Below are positions 12,190 to 23,907 of a DNA stretch of 64,000 nt, one piece after another; position 1 is the first letter of the stretch, and the number at the start of each line of letters is the position of its first letter. The translations under genes were made by a program, and so were the position numbers. Below the pieces are notes generated by a model. The model did no database searches. It was not told where the DNA came from and saw only the letters and a list, made by a program, of their open reading frames with translations. The DNA is taken from the NCBI RefSeq assembly GCF_963921235.1, contig NC_086118.1:23872001-23936000 (forward strand). The letters run 5' to 3'. Origin of the DNA: Mobula hypostoma (taxonomy: Eukaryota).

Positions 12190-12905
12190 ATGCATAATTG
12201 TAGAAGTAACGACAGGGCAATCAGAAAATAGGGATAAGATTAGGCAGAGACAGAGGCAATAAAGATTTATGAAAGGGAAATTATATTTGATATAACTGCT
12301 AGACTTCTTCAGGTTGTAACTACTAGAAAATTTATGGGACACTCTGTGTGATTTGGAGTTTCAGAAGATCTTTAGTAAGATGTCATGCTAATGGCATTAC
12401 AACAGGAAAGAGAGTGTATGAAGCTGAAAAAATTAATGGACAAGAAACAAAGCGGAGCAAACAATGGGATATTTTCTGGTTGAGAGATTGTAAGCAGTAG
12501 GATACCAGAAATATTGTCCTATCTGTTTGTCACCTACATCAAGAATGAGACAATCAAATGTGCTATATCCAAGTTTGCAAATGAAATAATACAGGGTGGC
12601 AGGGAGAGTTGTGAGGAGGATATAAGAAGTTGTAGTGGATACGGACAGTTTAAGTGAAGGGGAAACAACATGACTGCAGCAACTAGAAATGCAAAATAAT
12701 TTTAATACATCAATGCTTTGCGGGATCCAAGTTCCTGTACACAAACCACTTTAAAATTTAGCAAGCTACTAGAAGGGCAAACAGTAGATTGGCCTTAACT
12801 GCAGGAGGATTTAAATACAAGATTAAAGACAAATTTTTAGGAGCCTGTGGTGAGATAACATTCAGAAAATTGTCAACATGGATATCATACCTAAAGAAGG
12901 ATATA
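12190..12905 (+). mobile_element. Degraded CR1 RT fragment; resumes briefly at 13741-13775
   Basis: gatttatgaaagggaaa..taactgctagacttctt (GFMKGKSCLTNLLEFF-like), tccaagtttgcaaatga (SKFADD-like), catacctaaagaaggatata (PYLRKDI-like). Confidence 0.7.
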
Positions 12906-13740
12906 CAGTGGATCCCAGTTAATTGAGACCATATTAAGACTAGTATGTTTAACCCAATTAAATGGCTGTCACAATTAACTGAAGTTTTATGAAAACAGTT
13001 AAGAATGTATAAAAAGACAAACTACCATTAACTGAGTAACAATTTATGTATGTAAATGAAATACAGAACAAATTAGAACTCTACCAATACCTTTACAGTA
13101 CTATCAAACTGTGTATTAGTTCCTAATAGTTATTGATGGAGGGATTTATCCACTGTACACTGTCATGTTCTTTTGATTGATTGTAAATGAACAAAATCAG
13201 CACAGACACCTAGATAATGGACTTCCTTCATAAAATGATTTTGACAATTGCATCCTCCAAATCTTCATTTTCACTATTACATTCAAGATGATTTCCCGTA
13301 CCTTCAAAGTTTTTGTCATTCCTAACTTTTGAAGTGATGAAATAATCTCATTTTCACTTCCGGCTGCTCCTACTCTCTTCAAGTCTGAATTTTTGAAACC
13401 ACGGTGAGCGAAAGAGTTCTGAATTGTCTTACTCCTTATATCTCGCTAACTATCAGTGACAAAGATCACTGCTTTCTAAACACAAGCACACACAACTGAT
13501 GCTATTTAAAAATTGTTTGCTCTAAACATGGTGTAGTGTCTGATGGCCACGCACGTGCATGCAACTGACGCTAGTTTGTAACGGTTTGGCAACAGTCTCC
13601 TGTCCCAATTAAGCGGCACAGTATCCCAAATAATTGAAGGAAATTCTGGCTATATTCTAGATTAGTCTTCGTGCTTTAGAGTTGTCCCAAATAAACGTCT
13701 GCCCAAATCAACCGATGACACCCTTAAGAGGAATCCACTG
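12906..13740. mobile_element. Non-autonomous Tc1/mariner-superfamily (pogo/Tigger-like) DNA transposon
   Basis: TA|CAGTGGATCCC..GGAATCCACTG|TA: TA at 12904-12905 and 13741-13742, imperfect TIRs, subterminal cccaattaa-like repeats, no transposase ORF; interrupts a CR1. Confidence 0.85.
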
Positions 13741-13779
13741 TATATGCAGGGGAATAGAACAAATGTTTACTAAAAGTTT

Positions 13780-14820
13780 ACAGGTGCATCAGAAAGCTGT
13801 GTGCTTAGCTCCCTGCTCTACTCGCTTTATACTTACAACTGTGAGCCTAAGCACAGCTCCAATGCTACTTTTAAGTTTGCTGATGACATCTCTGTCATTG
13901 GCCAAATCAAAGGTGATGACAAATCAGCATGTAGGAGGGAGATAGACAATATGGCTGAGTAGTGCCACAATGATAACATCTCACCCAATGACAGTAAGGC
14001 CAAGGAGCTGATTATTGACTACAAGAGGAAGAAACTGGGGGTCCATGAGCCAGTTCTCATTGAGGATCAGAGGTAGAGAGGAGCAGCAACTTTAAATTGC
14101 TTGGCCTTATAATTTCAGAGGATCTGTTCTGGGCTAGCATGTAAGTAACATCACAAAGAAAGCACAGTAGCGCCTCTACTTCCTTAGAAGTTTGCAAAGA
14201 TTCAACACGTCATCTAAATCTATGGCAAACCACTATAGATGTGCGGTGGAAAGTATACTGACTGGTTGCATCCAAGTTTGGTATAGAAGCACTAATGCCC
14301 TTGAATGGAAAGCCCTACAAAAGGTAATGGTTAGAGCTCAGTCTATCCTGGGTAAAGCCCTCGCCATCATTAAGCATGTCTACTTGAAACACTGTGGCGG
14401 GAAAGCAGCATCCATCATCAGAGACTTCCACCACCCAGCCCATGCTCTCTTCTCACTGTTGCCATATGGAAGAAGGTACAGGAGCTCAGAATCCACACCA
14501 CCAGGTTCAGGAACAGCTATTACCTCTCAACTATCAGGCTCTTGAACCAGAGGGGATAACTTCACTCAAGTTCACTCACCCCCAACTCTGAACTGTGGAT
14601 GGACTTTCCACAATCTGCAATCTATGGACTCACTTTCAAGGGCTCTTCATCTCATGGTCTTGATACTTATTGCATTTTTTAATTTTTTTCTTATTTGTAT
14701 AGTTTGTTGTCTTTTGCACATAGATTGTTTGTCCATCTTACTGTGTGCAGTTTTCATTGCTTCTCTGAAGCTTCTTATCTACCATGAGTGCCCACAAGAA
14801 AATGAATCTCAGGGTTGTAT
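13780..14820 (+). mobile_element. Rex1/Babar-like LINE, 5'-truncated (final tail at 15497-15545)
   Basis: CVLSSLLYSLYT..KFADD at ~13798-13890; ORF 14192-14545 YRCAVESILTGCIQVWY..HHPAHALFSLLPYGRRYRS. Confidence 0.9.
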
Positions 14821-15496
14821 ATAGATAGATAGATAGATAGATATACTTTATTAATCCTGAGGGAAATTTGGTTTCGTTACAGCCGCACCAACCAAGAATA
14901 GAGTGTAAATATAGCAATACAAAAAACCCCAACAATCAAACAACAAAATGCAAAACTATGCCAGATGGAAAATAAGTCCAGGACCAGTCTATTGGCTCAG
15001 GGTGTCTGACCCTCCACGGGAGGAGCTGCACGTTCGATGGCCACAGGCAGGAACGACCTCCCGTGCCACCAAGTGTTGTATCACGGTGGAATGTGGCCGA
15101 AGTCCAACAGTAAAAAGTTCAATATCCAGTCTGCAAACACGTTCCTCGATCGTAATATACCCCGGATTGCACCATCCGTTGTTAGCCAGATCAGTAAGCA
15201 CCCCACTCCTTCACGCCGCTTACTGCTCTCGGTGCACTTCCGGTCAGGCGGAACGGTATTACCCACCGAACTCCTCTTCTCCAAAAGTCTCTGTTGTCTC
15301 GACCCGGTCCTCTTTCCTCGGCTTTGTGATCCCCCTCTGTGTGTTTTCCTCTGGATTTCAACAGGGGTGTCCGCTGCTCTGTTTGTTAAGCCGACCGGAA
15401 TTTGCTGGTCCGTGGAATACCCAATGCGACCTTGTTTCTGTCCCACGTGTCGGGATGTAACTATTTCCAGCGCTAAAGAAAACCCAAATAAAGCTC
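14821..15496 (-). mobile_element. Internally deleted non-autonomous Rex1/Babar-like element with (CTAT)n tail
   Basis: Endonuclease-region peptide NNGWCNPGYITIEERVCRLDIELFTVGLRP joined directly to the terminal GGSDTLSQ*, which is shared with 30425-31003; nested in the 3' UTR of the preceding element. Confidence 0.75.
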
Positions 15497-15549
15497 TGGT
15501 GACATATATCTAATTTGATAATAAATTTACTTTGAACTTCAATCATTGA

Positions 15550-16200
15550 ACTTTTAAATTAGTCCTGAGGATGTAGGAGATTATGCAAACTGGACTTATA
15601 CTCCTTTAAGTTTAAACTCAAAGTTAACATAATCCCTTCACATTGTTGGAATCAATTTTGTATTCTCACCGAAACAAAATTCTCAGATAGATGTCCAACC
15701 TAGCTGAGGAGTCTGGGACCAGACACCAGAGTCTTCAAGCAGAAGGTGGTGAATCTGTAGAATTCATAACCACAGAGGGCTCTGGAAGCCAGGTTTTTAG
15801 GTGCATTGAAGACAGAGATTGATAGGTTCTGGAGTGGTAAGGAAGTTAAGGCTTACGGGAAAAATTCACGAGAATTGAATCCTAGGGCAGACTTGATGGG
15901 CTGAATGGCATAATTCTGCCCCTATGTTTCATGGTCCTGTGCACAAGGGAGCACAATTTTAGAAAAAGAGATCAGCCCATGGATGAAGAAATATTTCTTC
16001 CCTTAACAAGTAATGAATCTGTGGAATTCTCTATAAAACTGTCTGGAGGATCAGTCAATATTGTCAGTATTATCAATTCAGAGAGCAATGGATTTTTCGA
16101 TACTACCAGAATCAAGTCAAATGGAGTCAATACTGGATGAAAGATGATTTGTGAATGACAGAGCAGCTGATAGGTGCACTTAAGCTTCTGTTTCTTTTTA
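15550..16200 (+). mobile_element. Nested degraded CR1 3' fragments
   Basis: gtggtgaatctgtagaattc..gagattgataggttct..gatgggctgaatggcataattctgcccctatg. Confidence 0.65.
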
Positions 16201-16869
16201 ATATTCTTGCATCATGTCCAAATTTACTGTCAGAGTCAATACTGGATTATTATATTGGCCTTTTTTGTTTTGCCACCGGCAATCTCACAGCTCACTATGT
16301 ATCCTTTCAAATATGTAATTACTGAAGATCCCCAGAATGGATGAAAATCATTCCTCAAAGAGATATTACTCTTAAAGATGACCAAAACAAGTGCTCAACA
16401 GCTGTGATTCTCCAGGAGTTTCGAATCACAGTTATGTCATTTTGTAAACATCAACCTCACGCAAGGGAATTTTGCTCTGAATGATGGGAATATCAGAAGA
16501 AGACCTCATGAGCTATTTGGAATCATTTCCAGATACGTATTAGAAGAGACACTGAAACATACAGCCGGTTCCATCTTTCATCTCAGAACAGTGCAGATCT
16601 AATTGAAGGCCAGCAGGTCAGTGCAGAAGGTGTAGAAGTCAAGCTCACACTGAAATTCACTTAGTGATGAAGCTGAGCTCTCGTTCTTTCTCTGGAATCA
16701 TCACTGGATTGCTGAGCTGAGAGCCACCTTTACTTTTATTCCAAGTGTAACTGGCACATGTAGTACGGATCCATCTATTTGAACAGTTTTGCTGACTTTA
16801 AAATGAAACCTAAATATAAGTAAGCTCTTTCTTGTGTTAATTCAAAGTTCATCCCTTTCCAAATATCTG

Positions 16870-17082
16870 GGCCGGCTGGTGGCGTAGTGGCATCAGCACT
16901 GGACTACAAGGCAGATGGTCATGAGTTCAAACCAGCCAGGTCCCAAACTGGGCAGCAGCAGTATCTTCATAGAAAAAAGGCCGGGCAACCTACTTCCATA
17001 CCTTGCCATGAAAACCCTTGGACCCTGTGGTCCATGAGGTCACGAAAAGTCGGATTCAGCTTAACAACTGAACAGCAAAAAG
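16870..17082 (+). mobile_element. tRNA-head SINE with RTE/BovB-type 3' tail and 13-bp TSD
   Basis: A-box TGGCGTAGTGG 16880-16890; B-box GTTCAAACC 16925-16933; tail ggcaacctac..cttgccatgaaaaccc..ggtcacgaaaagtcgga..actgaacagcaa; TSD ttccaaatatctg at 16857-16869 and 17083-17095. Confidence 0.85.
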
Positions 17083-17129
17083 TTCCAAATATCTGATCAG
17101 GGACAGAAGCTATACAAGGATACAGACAA

Positions 17130-17545
17130 GAAGTGAGGGTCTAAGTTATAGGGAGAAGCTGGCAGGCTAAGACTACTCCTTAAAGTGAAGGAGACTGAGG
17201 AGTGACCTTAAAATCATGAGGGGTGTAGATAGGGTGAATGTATAGTGTCTTTTCCCCTGGGAGTGGAACTTAAAAGCAGGGAGCATAGTTTTAAGGTGAG
17301 AGTGAAATATTCAGAAGGGATCTGAGGGGCAACAAGTTCACACAGAGAGTAGTGTGGAATGAGCTGCCTGAGGAACTGGTTGAGGCAGATACCTGAACAG
17401 CATTTAAAAGACATTTGGATAAGTCCATGGATAAGAGGAAGATGTGGTTGTAACAAAGGCAAACGGCAGCAGGTTGCTGGACACCATGGTTAACAAGGAC
17501 AAGTTGGTCTGAACAGCCTATTTCAAAGCTGTATTATTCTATGAC
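17130..17545 (+). mobile_element. CR1 3' end
   Basis: aagttatagggagaagctgg..gagcatagttttaaggtgagag..tggaatgagctgcc..gctgtattattctatga. Confidence 0.8.
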
Positions 17546-18991
17546 CCAATATGGAAACAATCAGAAGGCATTTAAACAGTCTGCGGGCAGGCCTTACCTT
17601 CCATAACCCTTGTCCTCAAACATGCTCACAGCACACTGACACTGGCTGGTCCTCAGAAGTGGCAAAATTGCAAAAGCTCGATTAGGCCATGGGGCTCGTC
17701 CACACCCAATTGCGAAGCGTGCGGCAGGATTGCAACAGCGTTTCACACAAGAATGAGATTATGTGGAAAAAGGGGGAAATTGCATCCAGAATCTCCACTG
17801 GAGGATTCTGTATTTACTGTGGTGGAAGGAACTGATCTTGGTCAAATATGTTTTAGTAACTTAAGCACTATTTCCTATTGATTCTATTGCAACCCAAAGA
17901 ATGAGAAAGATGCAGTGGATCAAAAATCATTTTAATTTTGTCCCACTTCATCAAGATTATGTTAGTACCTGATTGCAAGCAGACAGTTTTCAGGTACTTT
18001 TACAATCGTGTATGTGCTGTCTGGTTTTCTTCCTCTAGGTGTGCAAGATGTTAGGAACTATTGAGGAGTAATGGAACTACATGAATATACTGTATCAGAT
18101 ATTAATTCAAATAAGAATCAGACATTCAGTTCTTAATGTAAACTGTAAGCAGTAATCAATTTGATGGACACTTTTCCAAATAAACAGTCTGTGGAGCACA
18201 GGCTGGCGCACAGCAGAGGGCTGACTGCTAAGAGATCTGGTTTGCAAAGTGACCATGAGACATTGCCATATGCATTAGATGATCATTAGACAGTGGGATT
18301 ACATTAATTAGCCTGCGTCAAACCAGGAAACTATGGTCTTAAGTAATTATTGTACAATGCTCCATGGTAAACAAGCTCAAAGGCGATTGTAGACCAAACT
18401 GATATTATCACTTACCACATCAAATAGCTGATCTATCTGTAGTTGGGAGATTTGTGTACTGAAGAATTGGCCCTCACAACACTAATCATAGACATCTATT
18501 CCTTTTTCCTCAGACGTTTTCAGACGTTTGTGAGCTAGCAATGGCGTTTCAGCCCAGCAGTGGTTTTTTTTTTATCAATTACAATGTGCTTCCACTAATG
18601 CATCTACCTCAAAGGAACTATTTGTCTGACACGAAGTATTGAAGTAAACATTGTCGTTGCAACTATGGAAATTGCGTTCAATCACCTGTTGTAGCCTGAT
18701 CTTAAGAGCAAAAGACTGTGACATACAGCACTTTTGAGTTTGGGAGACTCTATTGAGAGGGTCTCCAAGAAAATGTCTGTTTGTTGTGATGAATGAAGAC
18801 TTTCATGTCCACCAACCTCTTCAGTTTCTCCAGTGACTTAGTCATGACTCAGCAGATTGGCAAAGACTCAGTCCTGTGGCCCGAGCAGGAGATGTTCTGG
18901 ATCAGAGGTCTCGAAACAATCTTTGGGATTTCCTTGACATTTTGGTAATCTTCAAGTAGTGTACACATGTTTGTGCATGCATGTGCAACTG

Positions 18992-18993
<2 letters not shown>

Positions 18994-19049
<56 letters not shown>
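18994..19049 (+). repeat. (GT)28 microsatellite
   Basis: Perfect dinucleotide run. Confidence 0.98.
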
Positions 19050-19051
<2 letters not shown>

Positions 19052-20464
19052 CAAAACTTTTATAATGTTTAGGGAGAATTAGTGTATGGAGCTGGCAAGA
19101 TCAGCTTGGAATCCACAAAGGGATTATGCAGTGGGACACACATTAAGGAGGTCTTCTGACAGTTGGGTTCATTTAGCTGCTGGGGATTGTGTGATGTAGA
19201 ACTTAGGTTTACCAACCTACAGGCTTCCTAGACTGGTGTGATAATACAGTAATATGGGACCAGCAGTGTCCAGTGATGGATATTGCCATGAACAGATGAT
19301 CCAGGCTTCCTAATGATGATTCTAACGGAATATTACATGTGAAATGACATTATCCTAAATGTTCCTCATATGAAAATGAAGTCAGGGTTCACAAAAGGAA
19401 CTCACCTGTGATGCAAGCTGACCTGAGAGTGGCCAATAATGGGAAAAAAATCCTGGTTGTATTACACTGAAGAAATAATCAAGCTATTAAATTACCAGAC
19501 CCTTAGGTTTTAATGTCAGGATGATAAATAGCAGCAAGTAAAATCTGTATTAATGTTTAGTAAAAAATATTAAACTTTAAAAAATGAATTCCAGTTAGAT
19601 ACTTAGCTTCAAATCTTAGAGAAAAAACAATCAACTTGTCTTGTAACGTCTCTGAAATGCAAAAATTTAATTGCCACTTTAGTAGTTTTGGATCAGGAGC
19701 TTCAAAAGCTGTTTTTTTTTTCAGAACAAACAAGTTGGAGCTTCTGAAGGAAAGGGTCCAGAGACAATCAGCTGAAAGCCTCATTTAATAACATGGGGTA
19801 TCTTTTTCATAAAACAGCTGAAGACTGAACCAGATAAAGCACATTAAAAGTGAAAATCACTTTTACAAAGTCCTAAGAAGTCATAAGCTTTGTGGCTCTC
19901 CCCTGATAAAGAGAAAAGAGTTGGAAGTATTCATCACAAAAAAATACTTATCACTTCAATTAGTATCATTTTAAACAAATAGTTATTTATTATTCAAAAT
20001 ATTTAGTTCCTGTTGCTTTATCCAAATGCTTTGAGAAAAATTACTTGTACCTCTGGTGTGTAATTAAGTAACAGTTAACTGGAAACCAAAGGCAAGTTGT
20101 ATTTGTTACTGGATATGCAGATCATAATTATTTCTGATTTCTTTGCACTGTATGGCTGGGCTGGGATCAACCAAACCTTAATACAAATTGCTTTTGTTAC
20201 AGCTGACAAATTTTATACTTTTTGAGAGGCCTGTATTATCTTGAGGTCTTCTCACTGTCTACTCAGACAAACCTCAGAGAAATAAGTGATTTTCAACACA
20301 TGTTGGAGCCTAACTGAGAACTTGTCAAAAAGCCCACAGTCCATCTGCCCTTGCAGACCTTTATGCCAAGTACACAACTTGTTGCCTCTAAATTAATGTT
20401 GTTGTTCTTGCCTGTATCTTAACCTCTCTAATATGGATCAACATTTCATGCAATCAAACATATA

Positions 20465-21745
20465 TCAGAATCAGAATCAGGTTTAATATCACTTGCATAC
20501 TGTATGTCATGAGATTTGTGTTGTTTTGTGGCAGCAGTACATTTCAATACATAATAATAAAAACTATAAATTAAAATCTATAAAAAAAAGAAAATTAAAT
20601 TAAACAAGTAGTCAAAAACAGAGGAAAAAATACTGAGGTAGTATTCATGGATTTATTGTCCATTCTGTAATCTGATGGCGATGGAGAAGAAGCTGTTCCT
20701 GAAACTTTCAGTTTGTATCTTCAGGCTCCTGTACTTCCTCCTTCGTGGTAGCAATGAGGAGAGAGCATGTCTTGGGTGACAGGGGTCCTGCATGGTAGAT
20801 ACTGTCTTCTTGACACATTGCCTTTTGAAGGTGTCCAGAATGCTGGGGAGACAAATGCTCATGATGGGGCAAGCAGAGTTTACAACCCTGGTCCTATGCA
20901 GTGGCCCCTCCGAACCAGGCAGTGACCCAACCAGTCAGAATGCTCTCCATGGTACAGCCGTAGAAACTTGCTAGAGTCTTTGGTGACATACCAATTCTCC
21001 GCAAATTCCTTATGAAATATAGCCTCTCTCATGCCTTCTTTGTAATTATGTCAATATGTTAGGCTGAGGATAGATCCTCAGAGATGCTGACATCAGGAAC
21101 CTGAAATTGCTCATTCTTTCTACTTTTGATCCTTCGATGAGGACTGGAGTGTGTTCCCTCGACTCCCTTCCTGAAGTCCACAATCAATTCTTTGGTCTTA
21201 CTAATGTTGGGCACAAGGTTGTTGCTGCGACCCCACTCAACCAGCTGATCTATCTTTCTCCTGTCCACCCTCTCACCACCATCTGAAATTCTGCCAATAG
21301 TTGTGTCATCAGCAAATTTATAGACGGTGTTTAATCTGTGCCTAGCCACTCAGCCGTGGGCTTAGAGAGAGTAGAGCAGTGGGGTAAGAAGACATCTTTG
21401 AGTTGTGCCTGTGTTGATTGTCAGCGAGGAGGAGATGTTATTTCTGATCCACACAACCTGAAGTCTCCCACTGGGGAAGTCAAGGATCCAGTTGCAGAGG
21501 GAAGTACAGAGGCCAAGGCCTTGGATCTTGTTGATTAGAACTGAGGGTATGATTGTGTTGAACGCTGAGCTTTAATTAATAAACAGCAGCTTGACGTAGG
21601 TATTACTATTGTCCAGGTGATTCAAGGCTGAGTGGAAAGTCAGGGAGACAGAGTCCATGGTAGACCTATTGTGGCGATAGGAAAATTACAGTGGTTCCAG
21701 GTCATAGCTTAGGCAGGAGTTAATTCTAGCCTTGACCAACTTCTT
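20465..21745 (-). mobile_element. Rex1/Babar-like LINE, 3' segment (continues at 23908-24475 and 25025-25500)
   Basis: (TTCTGA)n tail at ~20465-20480; ORF 21059-21349 YKFADDTTIGRIS..NNLVPNISKTKELIVDFRK; ORF 20653-20862 HPRHALSSLLP..YRSLK. Confidence 0.92.
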
Positions 21746-23895
21746 TTTTTTAATATAATTTTTATTGAGTTTTCAAAAATACAGGAAAAGATAGTATCTA
21801 CCCTCCCCCCTCCCCTTAACCTTCCCCCCTCCATATAAAGTCCTACCTAAAAAGAAAAAAAGAGAAAAAAAAGAGAGCCGCCTGGGTATTGGAAGGTTTC
21901 CACATACTCCATGGAATTCAAAATAAAATTGGTATACTTATTCGTTACTTTCCCCAAGGGACCAAGATCTTTATCGGAGCACTTAAATATGCCATCCTAT
22001 CTTTTGTAAATAAGGGCACCAAATATTCAAAAATGTTACATATTTATCTCTTAAATTATAAGTAATTTATTGTTGTGGTGTAATATATAATTGGTGTAAA
22101 AAGTTATATTATACTAATCTAAGTCGAACATTTATTGTGTTTGTCATACTGTCAAGGCACAGTCTTGACCAATTTGTTTCACCAAAATTAATATTCAGAT
22201 CTGCTTCCCATTCTTGTTTTGACTTAAAAATTGCTACTCCCTGCTACAACAACACTACCCACCCAATCTCTCTTTAATTTCTGATATTCTGTTTCTGTTA
22301 AACGCGTTTCCTGTAAAAAGGCTGAATCTATCTTCATTTTCTTAATATGTGTTAAGATTCTTTTTCTTTTCACTAGTCCATTAAGCCCATTAACATTAAA
22401 ACTCAAAAAATTCAATAAATTAGTCATTATTTTTAACAAAGTTACTCCAATCTAAAACATTACTTAACTTCTCAACTCTCATAGTTCCTTGGGGAATCTC
22501 TTTGAACTTCACCATGTTGCTATGCATTCCCCCCCACCCCCCCATCATCCAGGCAAAGAGAAAAAAAAGAGAGATAGATGAGATATAAAAAAAAGAAAAA
22601 ACAAAATACCCCCCCACTAATGTTGTGAATGAAAGGAAACACAACACTACCCCCTCCATTTTGTGGGTCGTGGCTAGAGCCACGCTTGCACACATGATTA
22701 GCGTAGCAATTGATCAGTGCTTCTTCCAGCTCCCCCGCAACAAAAAAAATTATATATATATAAAAAAATTAATGTTACTATTCCCAACCAGTATTCCTCA
22801 AATTTTAACCTTACTTCCCCTCCCTCATATAATTAGTAATATATTTATATATTCATCCGCCTTCAAAAATCCAACAAGTCCATTCTTTGACCCAGTCTCC
22901 ATCTTCAATCCATCTTGCTCCCCTGGTTTTGTTCTTGTACCTGGTGAATATTCAGAGAGTCTTGCACAAACTGCTCTGCTTTCCGGTAATCATCAAAAAA
23001 TCTTTTTTCTCCACCAGTCAAAAAAATCTTCAAGGTTGCAGGGTAACGCAATATAAAATGATAACCGTGATCCCATAGGATTTTTTTCACTGGATTAAAT
23101 TTCTTCCTTCTCTTCAAAAGTTCATAACTTATGTCAGGACAGAAAAAAATTTTGTTCCCTTGAATCATCAATGGCCCTTTTCTATTCTTGGCAGCTTGGG
23201 CAGCTGCCTGTAGAATCCTTTCCTTGTCTTGAAATCTTAAGAATTTTATTAAAATTGCTCGTGAATATTGGTCATCTTGTGGTTTTGGTCTTAGAGCTCT
23301 ATGTGCCTGCTCAATTTCAATTAATCAGCCCTCCTCTTTCATTTGCAAAACTTCCGGGATCCATCTTTGAAAAAATTTTATTGGATTTCCTCCCTCCACA
23401 CCTTCTTTAAGACCAACAATTTTAATATTATTACGTCTACTAAAATTTTCCAACATGTCCACTTTCTCCAAGAGTCGATTTCTTTCCGTGTTCTAGACAA
23501 GCAAATCATTTTCTGTTTTTTCCACTCTATCATTAATATGCTCCATTTTTCTTTCCATCTCCTGAAGCTTCTTATCCATTTTATCCTGTCTTTTCATAGC
23601 TTTATTATAGCACATCTTCATGTCTCTAAGCTCTGCTCTTACTTTTCTTACTTCAGTCGTTAATTGCAATAAAGCCTCTCTTATGTCTCCATCATGTCCT
23701 TTAGTTCCAATCCCTTCCAGTTCTTCCTCCTCTTCTTCATCTGTATTCTCTGCGGTATCCGATCCTGACTCTGAGTCACTTTCAGTTGCAGTGGCTGTCG
23801 GTTCTTGTAGTTTGAGTTGTATCGATTTGTTCTTCTTTGCGCATGCGCATTTCCGGCACCTTCTTCCGAGAGACTGCTACCACCGCCATTGCTCC
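21746..23895 (-). mobile_element. L1-clade element with ORF1 and a heavily deleted ORF2 (no RT), poly(A) and 12-bp TSD
   Basis: ORF1 LENFSRRNNIKIVGLKEG and IFFCPDISYELLKRRKKF..LRYPATLKI; ORF2 start NFLSFNVNGLN..KRKRIL..FLQETRL; T-run at ~21744-21751; TSD gaccaacttctt at 21734-21745 and 23896-23907. Confidence 0.88.
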
Positions 23896-23907
23896 GACCA
23901 ACTTCTT

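Noticed and set aside
14948..15513. 170-aa and 158-aa plus-strand ORFs as novel genes
   Set aside because: They are antisense frames of a GC-rich Rex1-derived insertion
16124..16247. 15-bp direct repeat gagtcaatactggat (16124-16138 and 16233-16247) as a TSD
   Set aside because: The enclosed ~95 bp looks like the continuing decayed CR1 tail rather than a discrete insert; could be a small local duplication
16870..16945. tRNA gene
   Set aside because: A and B boxes are present, but I cannot build a convincing cloverleaf, and the sequence continues into a LINE-type tail with a TSD, so it is a SINE head
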